Positions 40,911 through 54,290 of a DNA stretch of 64,000 nucleotides are shown piece by piece. This stretch comes from Octopus sinensis (taxonomy: Eukaryota). Numbering within the stretch: the first letter of the stretch is position 1; the number at the start of each line of letters is the position of its first letter. The notes below the pieces were generated by a model. The model did no database searches and was not told the DNA's origin. It saw only the letters and a program-made list of their open reading frames with translations. The translations under genes were made by a program, and so were the position numbers. The stretch is from NCBI RefSeq assembly GCF_006345805.1, contig NC_043009.1, forward strand, positions 49,600,001 through 49,664,000, in the 5' to 3' direction.

Positions 40911-42324
40911 TCTGTACACACCTATGCTACCCAACCAATTGTGGTGGTTAATGTTTTTACTATCTCATTTCTTTTTTAAGTATTTCACCTGGAGTCCATC
41001 CTTCTTTTCTTATTAAAGTGAGAAAAATAAAAGCAGAGGATAGAAGAGTAAGACAACAGGGGGCAATAGGCAAAGAAGAGTGTATAGGGGTGAGCTGTTT
41101 TAGTGTGGCTCATAAATAAGCCATAAATAGTGAATGGTTTATAACAAAACTAAATAAATACAAACAGGGGGCTAGGCAGAATATTTGTACCTGATGTTCA
41201 AAGTTTGGGTTTTCTATGTTGTATGTCATCCTTTGACCATAAACATAACCATCATCACCACTAGCACCACCTGTTAGTTTTTACAGGAGTGGGGCTTGTA
41301 ATAAGGGGAGGCTAGGGAAGTGCCACTGTTTTAACCAGTACTAGCACTGATCCTAAACCTTCTGTAGATCAGTGAACAATGGAGAGAAATAAAGAGGCAA
41401 GAGACTAAAATGGAAATACAGGTAAAAAAAAATACTAAACACATACCTGTACAAGAAATAAACAAATAAATAAGCTTTATTCTGATTGTAAAAAAATCAA
41501 AACAAAGATAACAAATCAGAGAGGAGAAACAGTGGAAGGTAGTACGGTGGGGTGGAAAAGGGACCAGAAAGGGGTAAAATGGGGGTGGATGTTTTGTTAT
41601 TGGTTGTTGAGAAAATTTTTTGAAAAAAAAAAAAAAACCTAATAAATCTAAAAAAGAAATGGAAAAAAGTGTGAAAAGATGTGAGGGTGATGGTGGTGGA
41701 GTGACTGGCTTTCTCCCCACCCTCTCCAGCCATCTAAACAAAACAGTTATTTACTAACTGACAAGTCCCCACAATCATTTACCTGCTCAAGTCATGGAGT
41801 ACCCCACCCTCTCACCCCCTTCCTCATTCCTTGATGAACAGCTGGGTCAACAACCACAGAAAATAAGCTTTAAAACAAATAAACAAAAAAAATCACACAC
41901 TCCAACACACACCCCAAAAAAATCCATCTTCACACAGGAGGTCCACTAAGAAGGCAAAGGAGTAGAGTGTGAAAAAAAAAAAAATTAGGGGTGGTTGTTT
42001 TAGAAGAGGTGGGCTGAGAGGGTGTACATAAATTGATTGTATGTGTCAGTTCAGTGACTTTATTGTTTTATGGTTGAAGTCTTCTAAATGTCCCCTCACC
42101 ACTAGAATTAACTTTTTTTTTAATCAATATCTAGAGTAAGGGTCATTTATTCAGTTCACAAAGACCCTAGCCATGAACCCTATCAACACCTTGTGTTTAA
42201 ATTATGCAGAAAGAAAAAGAGAGAGAGAGAGATCTAACTCTAAAAACCATAAAATGAGAAATCACACCAGTCATGACTAAATCTCTCTTTACCACTTAAC
42301 TAATGAGTCTCTTTCTACATGACC

Positions 42325-42530
42325 ACTTGAGCTGCTAAAAATAGCAGTCAAATCTCACCTAAATCACACACCCTACAAGTTTAAAATGAAAAAGAACATG
42401 TTAAATAATGCAGTCCTAAATCCTAGATATCCCTGCCAAAAAACAAAAATACAAAAAAAGATGGTTAGGGTTTAAATGCCTTTGATCACAGAGGGTAATC
42501 AATAAAGGTTGACCTGCAGCTTAAACCACA
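42325..42530 (+). repeat. Unclassified interspersed repeat (family D here), about a dozen diverged copies in the window
   Basis: Recurring motif GCTAGAAATAGCAGCCAAATCTC..AAATCACACC...GATGGTCATGG.TGGAATGC.TTTGATCAT...GACCTGGGGCTAAACAACAAC at about 6170(-), 21530(-), 33270, 37090(-), 39195, 42325, 42975(-), 47540(-), 55420, 55745(-), 57120, 58530, 59920 and 60025. Confidence 0.6.
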
Positions 42531-43258
42531 TCAGCAATATTTCTCTAAGTGAAATATTTAAACATTGACATGTCACAGGAGACACACCCATCCCTTTATC
42601 CAAATGAGGCTGTCATATGAATAAATTAAGCAAAATAACCCAATACAGTGAATTAACTGTCACTAAAACTTTAAATATTGTTTGAAAGCAATGTTTTGCT
42701 TGTTCTTCATTGAAGTTAGCCAAGATACTTTCGAAATGCCGAAATGAAGATCTCGAAATGTGATTGTTTCATAAAAACATAATGATTACAAGAGGATAAC
42801 ACTGACCTCTGGTTTGCTATTTATATTCTAGAAACATGAAAAGGAGTTGATCCCTTCAAGTGTAGATATAATTTAATGTATTTGATTTTAGATTCAGATA
42901 TTTTTATAGAATTTTAAATACTTACAACACCCTTAACCTTTTCATATTGCGATGGCTGTATCTTTTTTTTTTCTTTTTAGAGTTGCAGTATCAGATGAAC
43001 CTTGATCAAGCAAACCTATGATCAAAGTGTTCCAGCTGTGATAGTGCTTATTGATATGTAAATGGTTACATTATCTAATATATCTTTTCATTATTTAAGA
43101 TGGTAGGGATAAATATGAGGGAGATCTGGTAGTTATTTTTAGCAGATTCAAAGACTATGCAGAAGATCCCTTGCCATCAACAACAAACAGTAAGGTTCAT
43201 TTCTGAATTTTTCAAGTATAAGGGAAAGCACAAACAAGGTGAACAAGGTTGAAATCTG

Positions 43259-43290
<32 letters not shown>

Positions 43291-43291
<1 letters not shown>

Positions 43292-43466
43292 ACGCACCTC
43301 ACCCCAAGTAGTCTCATGCAGGAGCAAGCTCCTCAAAAATCTGTAAGACAAATTCTAATTGCCATTGCAATTCTATAACTTGCTGCACATGGAAAGGCGT
43401 AACTATCACAAAACAACTTGCATATTCCTAATTTTAAAACTCAGCTACAGGTAGTTAGATACATAC

Positions 43467-43519
<53 letters not shown>

Positions 43520-43652
43520 CAAGTACATTACACTACCAAATATATAAATGTAATCTTCACTTTTGGTAACTAAAGAATTATTTTATCCTCTTTGCACTTG
43601 TGTATAATGTTACCTATAATTTTCCCCCTGATGTTATATGAGTAAATACTGA

Positions 43653-43692
<40 letters not shown>

Positions 43693-43884
43693 TGTGTGTG
43701 TGTGTGTGCACGCACCTCACCCCAAGTAGTCTCATGCAGGAGCAAGCTCCTCAAAAATCTGTAAGACAAATTCTAATTGCCATTGCAATTCTATAACTTG
43801 CTGCACATGGAAAGGCGTAACTATCACAAAACAACTTGCATATTCCTAATTTTAAAACTCAGCTACAGGTAGTTAGATACATAC

Positions 43885-43937
<53 letters not shown>

Positions 43938-44071
43938 CAAGTACATTACACTACCAAATATATAAATGTAATCTTCACTTTTGGTAACTAAAGAATTATT
44001 TTATCCTCTTTGCACTTGTGTATAATGTTACCTATAATTTTCCCCCTGATGTTATATGAGTAAATACTGAA
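43291..44071 (+). repeat. Near-perfect tandem duplication, 418-bp period, bounded by (TG)n tracts
   Basis: CACGCACCTCACCCC... starts at 43291 and 43709; the copies end ...AATACTGAA at 43653 and 44071. Confidence 0.95.
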
Positions 44072-44121
44072 TGTGTGTGTGTGTGTGTGTGTGTATGTGT
44101 GTGTGTGTGTGTATATATATA

Positions 44122-44152
<31 letters not shown>

Positions 44153-44280
44153 TTGTGTGTGTATGTATGTAATGATACACAAGTAAGCAAATGCCTGCAT
44201 ATATGTGAATAAGAAAAGAATACATGTTCATAAATATGTGTGCGTGAATGTGTATGTATGTATGTATATGTGTGTGAATT

Positions 44281-44347
<67 letters not shown>

Positions 44348-45756
44348 TCACTGACATGTAAAAGAAGATATGTAAGCATTATAGGTACACATAAACACGC
44401 ATATATGTATACATTGCACACACATACACAATATTGTTGATGCATGCTAAAATGACGCATACACATCTCTATCACAATTATTTAATGAAGTCCAAACTTC
44501 ATTAAGCTTGAGCTAGTTACTTATCCTATCTACAAATTATGTACTATATACACTTCTTTCAAAAGCAATTGACAAAATTATGTGCGAAACATGTCAACCA
44601 CATAGCCTTGCTAAACATACCAGCGTGCGTTGTTTATCTACAGCTAATCTTCATCCCCACCACCTCCTCCACTGCCCTCTTTCTCCTCTCTTCTTCTGGA
44701 GATGAGAGACAAGAGACACATTCAGCAGTGAAATCAGTAATGATAAGATCTGTTAATTACACAGCGGCATTGATAATGTGAAATAAGACAAATACATTGA
44801 GTCACTTCTCTTTGAAGTGTTGCAAGAGCTCAAGAGAAGAAGTCGCCCAATTTTCAAAATGATATATAGATCAGTTGATCTTGGATCAGATAGATCTCGG
44901 ATTAATCCAGATCTAAGAGAATATTTTTAGCTAAGATCCGATTTCGAACAGGAACGAGAAGAAAATATAAGTACGACAGAAGCTATATTTCCCAAAATTG
45001 CGATTATCTATTTAAAATCTAGATATATAAGTAAGCGGAAAAAGTAAATGTATATTAAACAAAACCAAAAGAAAAACAAATAAAAAGACACATCAAAGGA
45101 AAGTTATAAAAGCAAGTCATTATTTTGACATATCTTCTGTTAATGATGGAGTAGATTTGTTTTGTTTAATCCTATGTATGTGTGCGCTTGTGTGTGTATA
45201 TATGTATATAATATATATATATATGTATAAGTATGCGTACATGTATACACACAGGTTTATATTAGGAAGATATGTAAGTAAGTAAGGAGAATTAAAAGGA
45301 ACTTGTATTAAATACACATACAGCATTCTACATAATATGTACACACAATGGAATACATACAATGCAACTATGAGCAGGTTCCTAAGACTGCTTACTTTGA
45401 AAGAAGTGGGTAACAGAATACCTGCTTTAACTCCTACATCAAAGATATTACTTGTTCTTAGTATAAAGAAGAGCCAGGTAGACATGTAAATCCATCCATT
45501 CTGCTATCCACCCAACCTACCCCATTATTACAAACACTGTAACCACCAACACATTAGCATGACAATAATTTTCCACAGGAAGGAAAAAAGGCATAAGCTG
45601 GTAAATAAATATCAACATTGTCAGTGATTGAAGACGATAGCTGGGGCATATCTAAGAGGACTTTAACTACTCAATTCTGATAAAAGTACAGAAAGTATTA
45701 TTCAAGTCCTATACATCTGATGTAAAGACACCCTTTTGAGGTACAAGTCCTGACAA

Positions 45757-46012
45757 GGTTGTTTGTGGAAGACCAACAGTCACCCATGCATACCGGTCTC
45801 CCTTCTCCTCACCACTGATGTTGTGAAAGGGAAAGGCAAAGGCTAATACAGCTTGGCACCAGTGATGTCACAACTCATTTCTACAGCTGAGTGAACTAGA
45901 GAAGTGTGAAATAAGTGTCTTGCCCAAGAACGCATCGCACAACCCAGTCTGGGAATCAAACTCACAACCCTTTGATTGTGAGTCTGACACTCTAACCACG
46001 GAGCCAAGCACC
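45757..46012 (-). mobile_element. tRNA-derived CORE-type SINE (resembles octopus OR1/OR2 from recall)
   Basis: Minus strand GGCTCCGTGGTTAGAGTGTCAGACTCAC...GTGAGTTTGATTCCC (A/B boxes), then TTCTTGGGCAAGACACTTATTTCAC..TCACTCAGCTGTAGAAATGAGT (CORE-like). Confidence 0.7.
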
Positions 46013-46099
46013 TTCACTATCTGATATATAAAAATAAAAAATATCAGAAAAAATGAAAGGTTTAACACCTCGTCTTTTCTGCTCAAGTAAAAAGCTCAC

Positions 46100-46197
46100 C
46101 TCCGAGGCTATAATAGTTCCATTGGTGGTAGCATGTGAAAGTATTTCCAGAGGGGAATGCATGCAAGAAAGCTGTACCATTAAACACAATTCTATCA
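46100..46197 (-). CDS. Putative internal coding exon (98 nt) of an unidentified minus-strand gene; peptide DRIVFNGTAFLHAFPSGNTFTCYHQWNYYSLG
   Basis: Minus strand reads tccatctctctttgattctatag|TGATAG...CCTCGGAG|gtgagc: pyrimidine-rich acceptor, strong donor, open frame (phase 2 in, phase 1 out) with aromatic/Gly-rich protein-like composition. A second frame (IELCLMVQ...IIASE) is also open. Protein family not recognised. Confidence 0.5.
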
Positions 46198-49100
46198 CTA
46201 TAGAATCAAAGAGAGATGGAGTTCACATAGATTTATGTAGATATGATAGTTTAATGTAGCACATGTGGTAAGCAGTAGGAGCACTGTAAAAATTGATAAA
46301 TGTTACACTTGATTTGCACTTCTGTGCAAAGGTAACAGGAAATTACTGCTGCGAACTCTTCCTTTATATCACTCCATCACAACTAGTGTCTTCAGAGGTG
46401 TGTGGATCAATGACCCAATGGGGACTACATAAAAACCAACCCTTATAACACTGTACATGCACACACGCACACAAGCTATCTAACAGCCTTTGGTTTATAT
46501 CCAAAAGTAATTACTGTGATGTATTCTCATACCAGACAAATTTGCATGCTTTATTGCTTAATCATTAAACAAATTATTATCATTATTATTATTTAACAAA
46601 TAATAATAATAATAGTAATCATCATTATTATTATCATTATTATTACCATCATCATTATTCTTCATCACAGTTTTCAAAACAAAGAACAAGAGTAGAGTTA
46701 ATGTGTAGCAAAACATTGCTGTATTTATTAATGAGGAAAGTTAAACAAGATAGAGAAAAAGAGAGAAAACTGTGATTAAAAGCTCCTGAGCATTATTTAA
46801 TTTAAAAGTCCTAAAACATGACCAATTATATTTCCAAATTTCAATGAACAAAGTAATTTTGACTATCAGCTATTTTAGTGCCATTAAAATGTTGATTGTG
46901 ATGACGAGCACATTATAATTCGGTTTTTGCTCACGGAGCTAGAACAATAATGGTTAACAACTGGAAATTAACCATTATCTCAGAGAATATCTTCAAAAGT
47001 ATACGTTTAACATATACGTACATGTGCGTGTGTGTGTGTGTGTGCATGCGTGTGCTATTTGTGGCAATTGTAGGTTTGGAATTTCTGAGATGAGATTCCT
47101 CAAGATGTATTGTTACTGCAAAATCATTTCATTTATTTTAGGTAATTTATGTCTAATCTGATCTACTTAGAAATATTGGTATATTTTGTCTGGGGAGAAA
47201 AAAGCGCTATCTTTTCAGGGCAGAAGAATAGAGATTTTCTAACTTATATGCATTTTTATTTTTACTCAAAAGATAAAGTGAAAATAATCGAACGAAGTGA
47301 ACAGACTTAGAAATAGCATTGGCTTGTTAGTATCTACCACTTGTTGTATGGAGATTACTACAACCATTAAAAGAAAATCAGGAACTATCTAAACTAGGTA
47401 CAAGCAATATAAAAAGCGATATAAAATATCCCAGGTCAGACGTGGTTAAGGAAACCTATAAACCAAGGTACCCCAGTGACAGCTATCCCATTGTTTTTCT
47501 CAACAAAGTCTACACAGAACTATATTACCTAATGAATCAGCAGTTTTTTTTTAGCCTAGGCATGATTTGAGGGAGATTTGGCTGTTGCTTTTTAAGCAGT
47601 AGAAGGTTTCATGATTGATGCAAATTCCTTTGTTATCAATTTGTTGATCCAGAAACAATTCATTAGGTTATGAAATATGTTACTGTATTTGCAGATCTAT
47701 CAAACCTATGCCAATATGTGAGAACAAATGACAAATAATGATGATGACAGTGGTGATGATAATCATCATCATCACCATCATCGTCATCATCATTATCTAT
47801 GACAAGAATTATTTCATAAATTCCAAGAAAATTAACAGTAAGTTGTTTAGGCTATATACTAACGAAACAAAAAGTATTTCTTCCTATTCATTAGGATAAG
47901 AGCTGTGTCTCATTCTTCAAGACAATAGAATTTCCATTGCTGCCAGTACCCAGGAAGACATTTCAAAATAAATAAAGATGCTAGTCAAAGGGTTAATTTT
48001 TGTTTCTGTTTTCAGCTCTGTTCTTAGATTTTTGCAAACATTTTTTTGTTAAAAATACTTGTTTTAGTGACTGTCTATTACAGTTTCAGGCTTTACAAAA
48101 ACAAAACCTTTATAAGTAAGTACACTTGTCTGCTGGGAAACAAGAATTTTCTCTCTTTTTTTTTATATATATTAAAAGCATTTTCAGTTGATATCATCAT
48201 CATCATCATCATCATGATTATTTATTGATATAATTGTCATTGTGTTGTTTTCCTATTGTTATTATTATCATCATTAGATATTATAAATGTTGTTGTTGTT
48301 GTTGTTGTTGCTGCTGCTGCTTCTAACATTTGTTATTATGGCTGTTTCGTTTTTGTCTTGTATTCTTAGAGAATATGAACTTTTAACCAAGCAGAAAATA
48401 ACTCTTAGATTTTGATAGGGAGAAAAAAAAATGGAAACGAAAATGACAGTAGTAAAAATGAAGAAGTATATTTTACAAAGAAGACTAAAGAAGAAACTGA
48501 AAAGAAAATTAGATCTGGAACACAATAAAACTGTGTGTGTGTATAAGTATGTGGCACACACAAACACATTTGATAGAGAGAGGGGGAGAGAGAGAGAGAG
48601 AGTGAGTGAGTGAGTGAGAGAGAGATTAAGATTTAACTCAGAGAAGCAGTCTGAAGTTCAAATTTTACTATACACACATATAGGGAGGTGTGGAGTAATG
48701 AGAAGGGGAGGAATGAACAAATGAGCAAAGGATCATTTGAGAGAGAGAGAGAGAGAGAGAGAGTAAGAATAAAGACAAACGGTGATAGATAGATAAATGG
48801 AGAGAGGGATAAAATGGATTTATGGATAGACAGCAAAGTCACAGAGCGAGGGGGAGAAAGAAGGGAAGAAACAGTAAGAGATTGCCGATGAGTGTAAAAA
48901 GGAAATGAGGTGGCGGAGAGCAGTGGTTAAGATAGCGGCACAGACAGTGGCGGATAAGGTAAGCCATGGTAGAGAAGCCTTCAATAGCAGTGGTGGAGGT
49001 GGAGGTGGAGGTAATACTTAAGATAGTAGTGGTGAAGGTTGGCAGCAGGCAACTGGAAAGAGAGGAGTCTGTGCCTTCATTTGTCTGTTGCGAACTTTCT

Positions 49101-49200
49101 TTCATTCATTCCTTTCCATTCAAGGAATTTTCCAGATATGTTCGTTATCAAAAATGAAGAAACAGTCACAGAAGCTAATAAGTTCCTTCATTGTGCTCAC

Positions 49201-49238
49201 GGTGGAATGCGTGCAGAGTATAATGAGGCAAAAACAAC
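49201..49238 (-). CDS. Candidate 38-nt exon, VVFASLYSARIP(P)
   Basis: gcattctttttaagtacag|GTTGTT...ATTCCACC|gtgagc. Ends in phase 2, joining in frame to the 46197 acceptor (CC+T=Pro). Short, so could be chance. Confidence 0.3.
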
Positions 49239-49526
49239 CTGTACTTAAAAAGAATGCCACAAGATATGTCGGAGACCAGTGATTAGGGTGACAGGGGGAG
49301 AGAAGAGGGGGAGGAAAAGCGAAGAGTGATATGGTAGGTAAGACGGAGAGGGTGAGCAGGAGGAAGAGATATAGAGATGAATATAGAGAGGGGGAAGAGA
49401 AAGAGACTTGAAAAATACACGTGTGTATATATATACAAACACACACGACACATATATACAACACACATATACACACATTCAGGTATTTGAGCATAACTAG
49501 CATGACAGGGGAAAAGAGACTGAAGA

Positions 49527-49604
<78 letters not shown>

Positions 49605-50783
49605 CATATATAAATTTATTTAAGAGAGAGAGATGGAGATGTGTACAGAAGAGAGAAGATTTGAAAGTCGGAAAATGAAACAAGGTACATAAAAGAAACT
49701 TAAACAGGGAGTAAGCGAGTGATAAGGATGAAAGAGGGACAGACATGAAAAGGGTGAAAGAGAAGACAAGAAATATGGAAATAGTTGTTGTTGTTGTGGT
49801 TGTTAGTGGTGGTGGTTGTGGTGGTGATGATGGATATGGAATATCAGTTTATCATTGAATGAATGAAGCAGTTACCCTGAAGTAATAGTGAGGAAGGAGT
49901 TGGGGATTGATGGAGGAATGAAGGTGGAGTAGGAAAGGCTGCGTTCTCAAACAAAAAGGGGCACACAAATATTATATAAACTATAGAAAGTTATATAAAC
50001 ATATTGTATATATAGGCGTGTGAGTGTACACACACACACACATATTTTGTATGTATAAAAGAGAAGAGCTTTTCTTTTAAACACATTGGAGCTATGACTT
50101 TTTTTTTTTTATTCAAGATTTATATTTCTTTCAATTATTTTTTTTGAAGTCCTTTTTGTTTCAGGAACTTCTTATTCTTATCTTCAGCAGTTACAAGATC
50201 ATTCCCATGATCCCTTGCTTCATATATACTAAAGTAAATTTATCAACATGTTACTATAGTCACTTCATGCTGAAGATGAGACAGTTGGTTTGTAAACAAT
50301 GTTACTAAAGGACTAATATGGAAATATTTAAAAAATCATTAATTAAAAGAAAAAAAAGCGAATACAACTATATACAGTAATGTCTCTTCAGCAGACACAA
50401 AATGCTATCATCATCAATTTACATCCATTTCCTATGCTGGCATAGGTTGTCACAAGCTAAGCCTATTCTTATTGAGAGTACACATCATTTCTATGGCTGG
50501 CTGCTTCTCCTTCTTATTGCTAACCACTTCACAGAGCGTGCTGGGTACATTTTCTCACAGCACCAACCAGAGTGGTTGAACAGGGTTCAGCAAGACAGGA
50601 CTACAGGAATCTTACAACCTTGCCTTTTCTCTGATCTTTTGCAAAGTACTTTAGAGTGTGTCTTGGGTGCATTTTTACAGCACCAGCACTAGAGAGGAAG
50701 CACCAATCACCAATAAAAAGGAGTAGTCTTGCTCACCACAAAAGGAAAAGTATTCACTGCATATATGTACAGTTTATGTCAAT

Positions 50784-50911
50784 TCTTTTCTACTCAAGGC
50801 ACAAGGCCTGAAATTTGGGGGAGAGGGCCAGTTGATTAGATTGATCTCAGTACACAACTGGTACTTAATTTATCAACACCGAAAAGATTAAAGGCAAAGT
50901 CGACCTCGGCA
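50784..50911 (-). mobile_element. SINE family B 3' fragment
   Basis: TTTCTACTCAAGGCACAAGGCCTGAAATTT...GGTACTTAATTTATC...AAAGGCAAAGTCGACCTCGGC. Confidence 0.75.
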
Positions 50912-51512
50912 CCTTACAGTTTACATCAATAAAAAAACAACTGGTGAATCACTCCTTTGCTGAATTCAGTTCAATTTTGGTTAAAATACATGCAATGCAA
51001 AAACTACAAGAAAAAAAATACTTAGTAACAATGGACTGAATCTGAGTATAACTTAGCTCTGTCTTACTTAAAATTTCGTTGATGCCAATACTACAGGTCT
51101 ACGTTATAAACTGTAAGAAACAGGTGATGATTCACTGCATGTGGTATTTCAGGCAACATCGAGCCTGAATTCAACAACAGAGTGATTCATTAGCTGTATC
51201 TTAATAAATATAAACTCTACTATGTCTGTTTAGTAGTAGCCTTTCTTTCGTCTGTAACAAAAACAAACTATATATCAGATCCAAAAGTATACAGAAATCT
51301 TCAGGGAATACTTAAAATGAGAAACCTTATCTTCAAAATCACCACCTTCGTCATCACCCTCATCGCTATCATCCATGAATATACTATGAATTCCTGCTAG
51401 TAACAACACCGCATGCATTAATCCACCTGGTAATACTGGTAATAGAACTGTTTTCAAACTATCTTCATCGCACAATACCACCACCACCACCACAATAATA
51501 ATAATAATAATA

Positions 51513-51550
<38 letters not shown>

Positions 51551-51916
51551 GTGGTGTAGCATAAGTGTTTGGAGTTTATCCTTGCTAATCAATGACTTTG
51601 GCATTGATTCTCAGCTGGAACCGCTTCCCCGAGGAGAAGATATGAATGTCACCAACTCACATTATTTATTCCACTATCTAAAAATCTTATATGGAAACAA
51701 CTCCCCACCACCACCACCACTCATACACACACAAATTCTTATCACCATTATTATCTTTAACAGTGGAATCAACCACAGTAGTAGTCAACCAGATTAGTAG
51801 TAGGAGTAGTAGTAGATTTTAATTTTCTGTTCCCCTCATAATTCATATTCCAGTTAAGCAGCACACTGCATTGCAGAAAATTCACACCTGCCTTTTTCTT
51901 TCTTTTTATATATCCT

Positions 51917-52190
<274 letters not shown>

Positions 52191-52400
52191 GTCTTTCTAC
52201 TATAGGCAGCAGGCCTGAAATTGTGGGAAAGGGGATAGTCGATGACATCGAACCCCATTACTCAACTGGTATTAATTTATCAACCCCAAAAGGATGAAAG
52301 GCAAAATCAACCTCAGCAGAATTTGAACTCAGAACATAGTGACAAACAAAATACCTCTAAGCATTTTGCCCACAGTGCTAATAATTCTGCCATCTTGCCA
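52191..52400 (-). mobile_element. Full-length SINE family B copy with a very long trinucleotide tail
   Basis: Complete reverse-complement match; abuts the 51918-52190 compound microsatellite at its 3' end. Confidence 0.8.
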
Positions 52401-54243
52401 CAATAATAATCATAATAATAATAATAATCTTTTCCCTGCCATTATTGTTGCCTTTTTTGCACTAATTGTCATTGTCATCATTGCTGTTGTTGCTGTCATC
52501 TAAGAAAGAACTGTGACAAGACAGATGCAGAAAAACCAAAGCAAGGAGACTGTGGTTGGAAGAAAGAAAGAATATTATAAAGCAAAGCAGAACTAAAGAA
52601 AAATAAGCAAACAACAGCAATGAAAGCCAGAACAGCCCTTCCCAACCATATTGAAACAGCCTACAATAACAAAATGTGTGTTGGTTGTGAGTATATAAAG
52701 AAGAGTAAGGAAGACTAAAGAAGAGCAACCCTTATTTCTACACAAACGTTTATATGTGTACAAATGGACAGACATACATATTGATATATGACATAAATAT
52801 GAATGTGTATATGTATGTGTAGGCATGTATGTATATCTGTGTGAAAATGCGTAAAGTGCCTACCTCTGCTACGTCTAACAATGGTTAGTCATCAAATACT
52901 GCCATTTGCAACAAAGCTAGGTTAAGCTTTGCCTTGGCCCAGATGAGTGACTGACTATTGCTATAACAGTGAATTCCATAAAAATTGATTGTGACATTAA
53001 GATCAACTTGGTACTAAAAAACAGTTGATCAGAAAAAGAGTATTCGATACAACAAGAGTTGTATTTCTCTTCCTAAAACTAAAATATCTACAACTTGATT
53101 AAGTATATCAATGCTTACTAATATATATTCAACCAAAGTTGAAAGCAATTCAACACACACACACACACACACACACAATGTGTGCATGTAATGATTTACA
53201 ATCTTGAATGCTAATCTGAAAAGAGTGTGGTTTGACATTCAATGAATATGCTCACTCCTTTCACACACACACACGTGTGTTTATGTGTGTGCATGTTTTG
53301 TATGTTGATACATATACACACCCCTGCAAACAAGTTTTGTTGTCATGAGGAGAGCTTCTTCTTCAGCACACTTCCCCTAAGACAAAAAATACAGATGACA
53401 AACATACACATATACACATACAAGCATACACATATACACATACAAACATGCAATGCACGCATTCATGGACACAAATACAAAGCGAAACACATCTCACAAG
53501 AATGCACACACACACACACACACACACACATTGCAAAAATAGTTTGGTATCAGCATTCTTGATTGATGGATTTATACAATGTCACTCTCAGAAAAATAAA
53601 AAATAAAAATATCAAAATGAAAACATTGGAAATAAGGTATTGACTGGGTTGGAGGGGTAAGTAGGCAGGGGTAGAACAGTGCAATGTCCTCATAATTATG
53701 ATGTGCTCAGGCCTTGCAATGCTCTACTTTCACCAACCCACTCTTCACCTAATGAGGAAATTTAATGAGGCAGTCATTAAAACACTGTCAGAAGAAAAAG
53801 AAAGGCATGTACAGGAGAGACCTGAGTGTAAGTCTGTCTGTCTGTCTGGCTCTCTTTGTCTTCCTATGCTGGTGGGAAGAGCTGGAAGCAGGGGCGAAGA
53901 GCAGAAATGTGCTGGAAATTTGGAGGTATTTTGCTGACAATATTGCTACACCCAAAATATTCTCTGATGCAGACAGTTGGAAAATGATGAGGCCTCATCG
54001 AGATCATGTTTAACAGACCATGACTATTCTGGCCACCACCACTGGCAACCGCTACAACTGCTATAACTACAACCATCACCTCACCAACACAAGTAGAACC
54101 ATCAAAACAGCTACTAACGACTTTCACCGCTACCATTCTATGTCTACTGTAAGTAACCAGAGAAAGAGGAGATTGAAGAAGCAGGCTGACCCCTTGTAAT
54201 CAAGGTTCCAAATTCCTTTGCCATGGAAAGATGTGTGTGTGTG

Positions 54244-54290
<47 letters not shown>

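Noticed and set aside
45955-46012. tRNA-like heads of SINEs as tRNA genes (also at 20331 and 22205)
   Set aside because: No complete cloverleaf; each continues into a SINE body.
51330-51440. Acidic segment DDSDEGDDEGGDFEDK on the minus strand as a possible exon
   Set aside because: The donor would be weak (GTTTCT), and the sequence is explainable as a decayed (GAT)n tract.
53698-54136. Three overlapping 79-90 aa ORFs with partly protein-like stretches
   Set aside because: Interrupted by (CTGT)n, with no consistent acceptor/donor pair and no recognisable homology.
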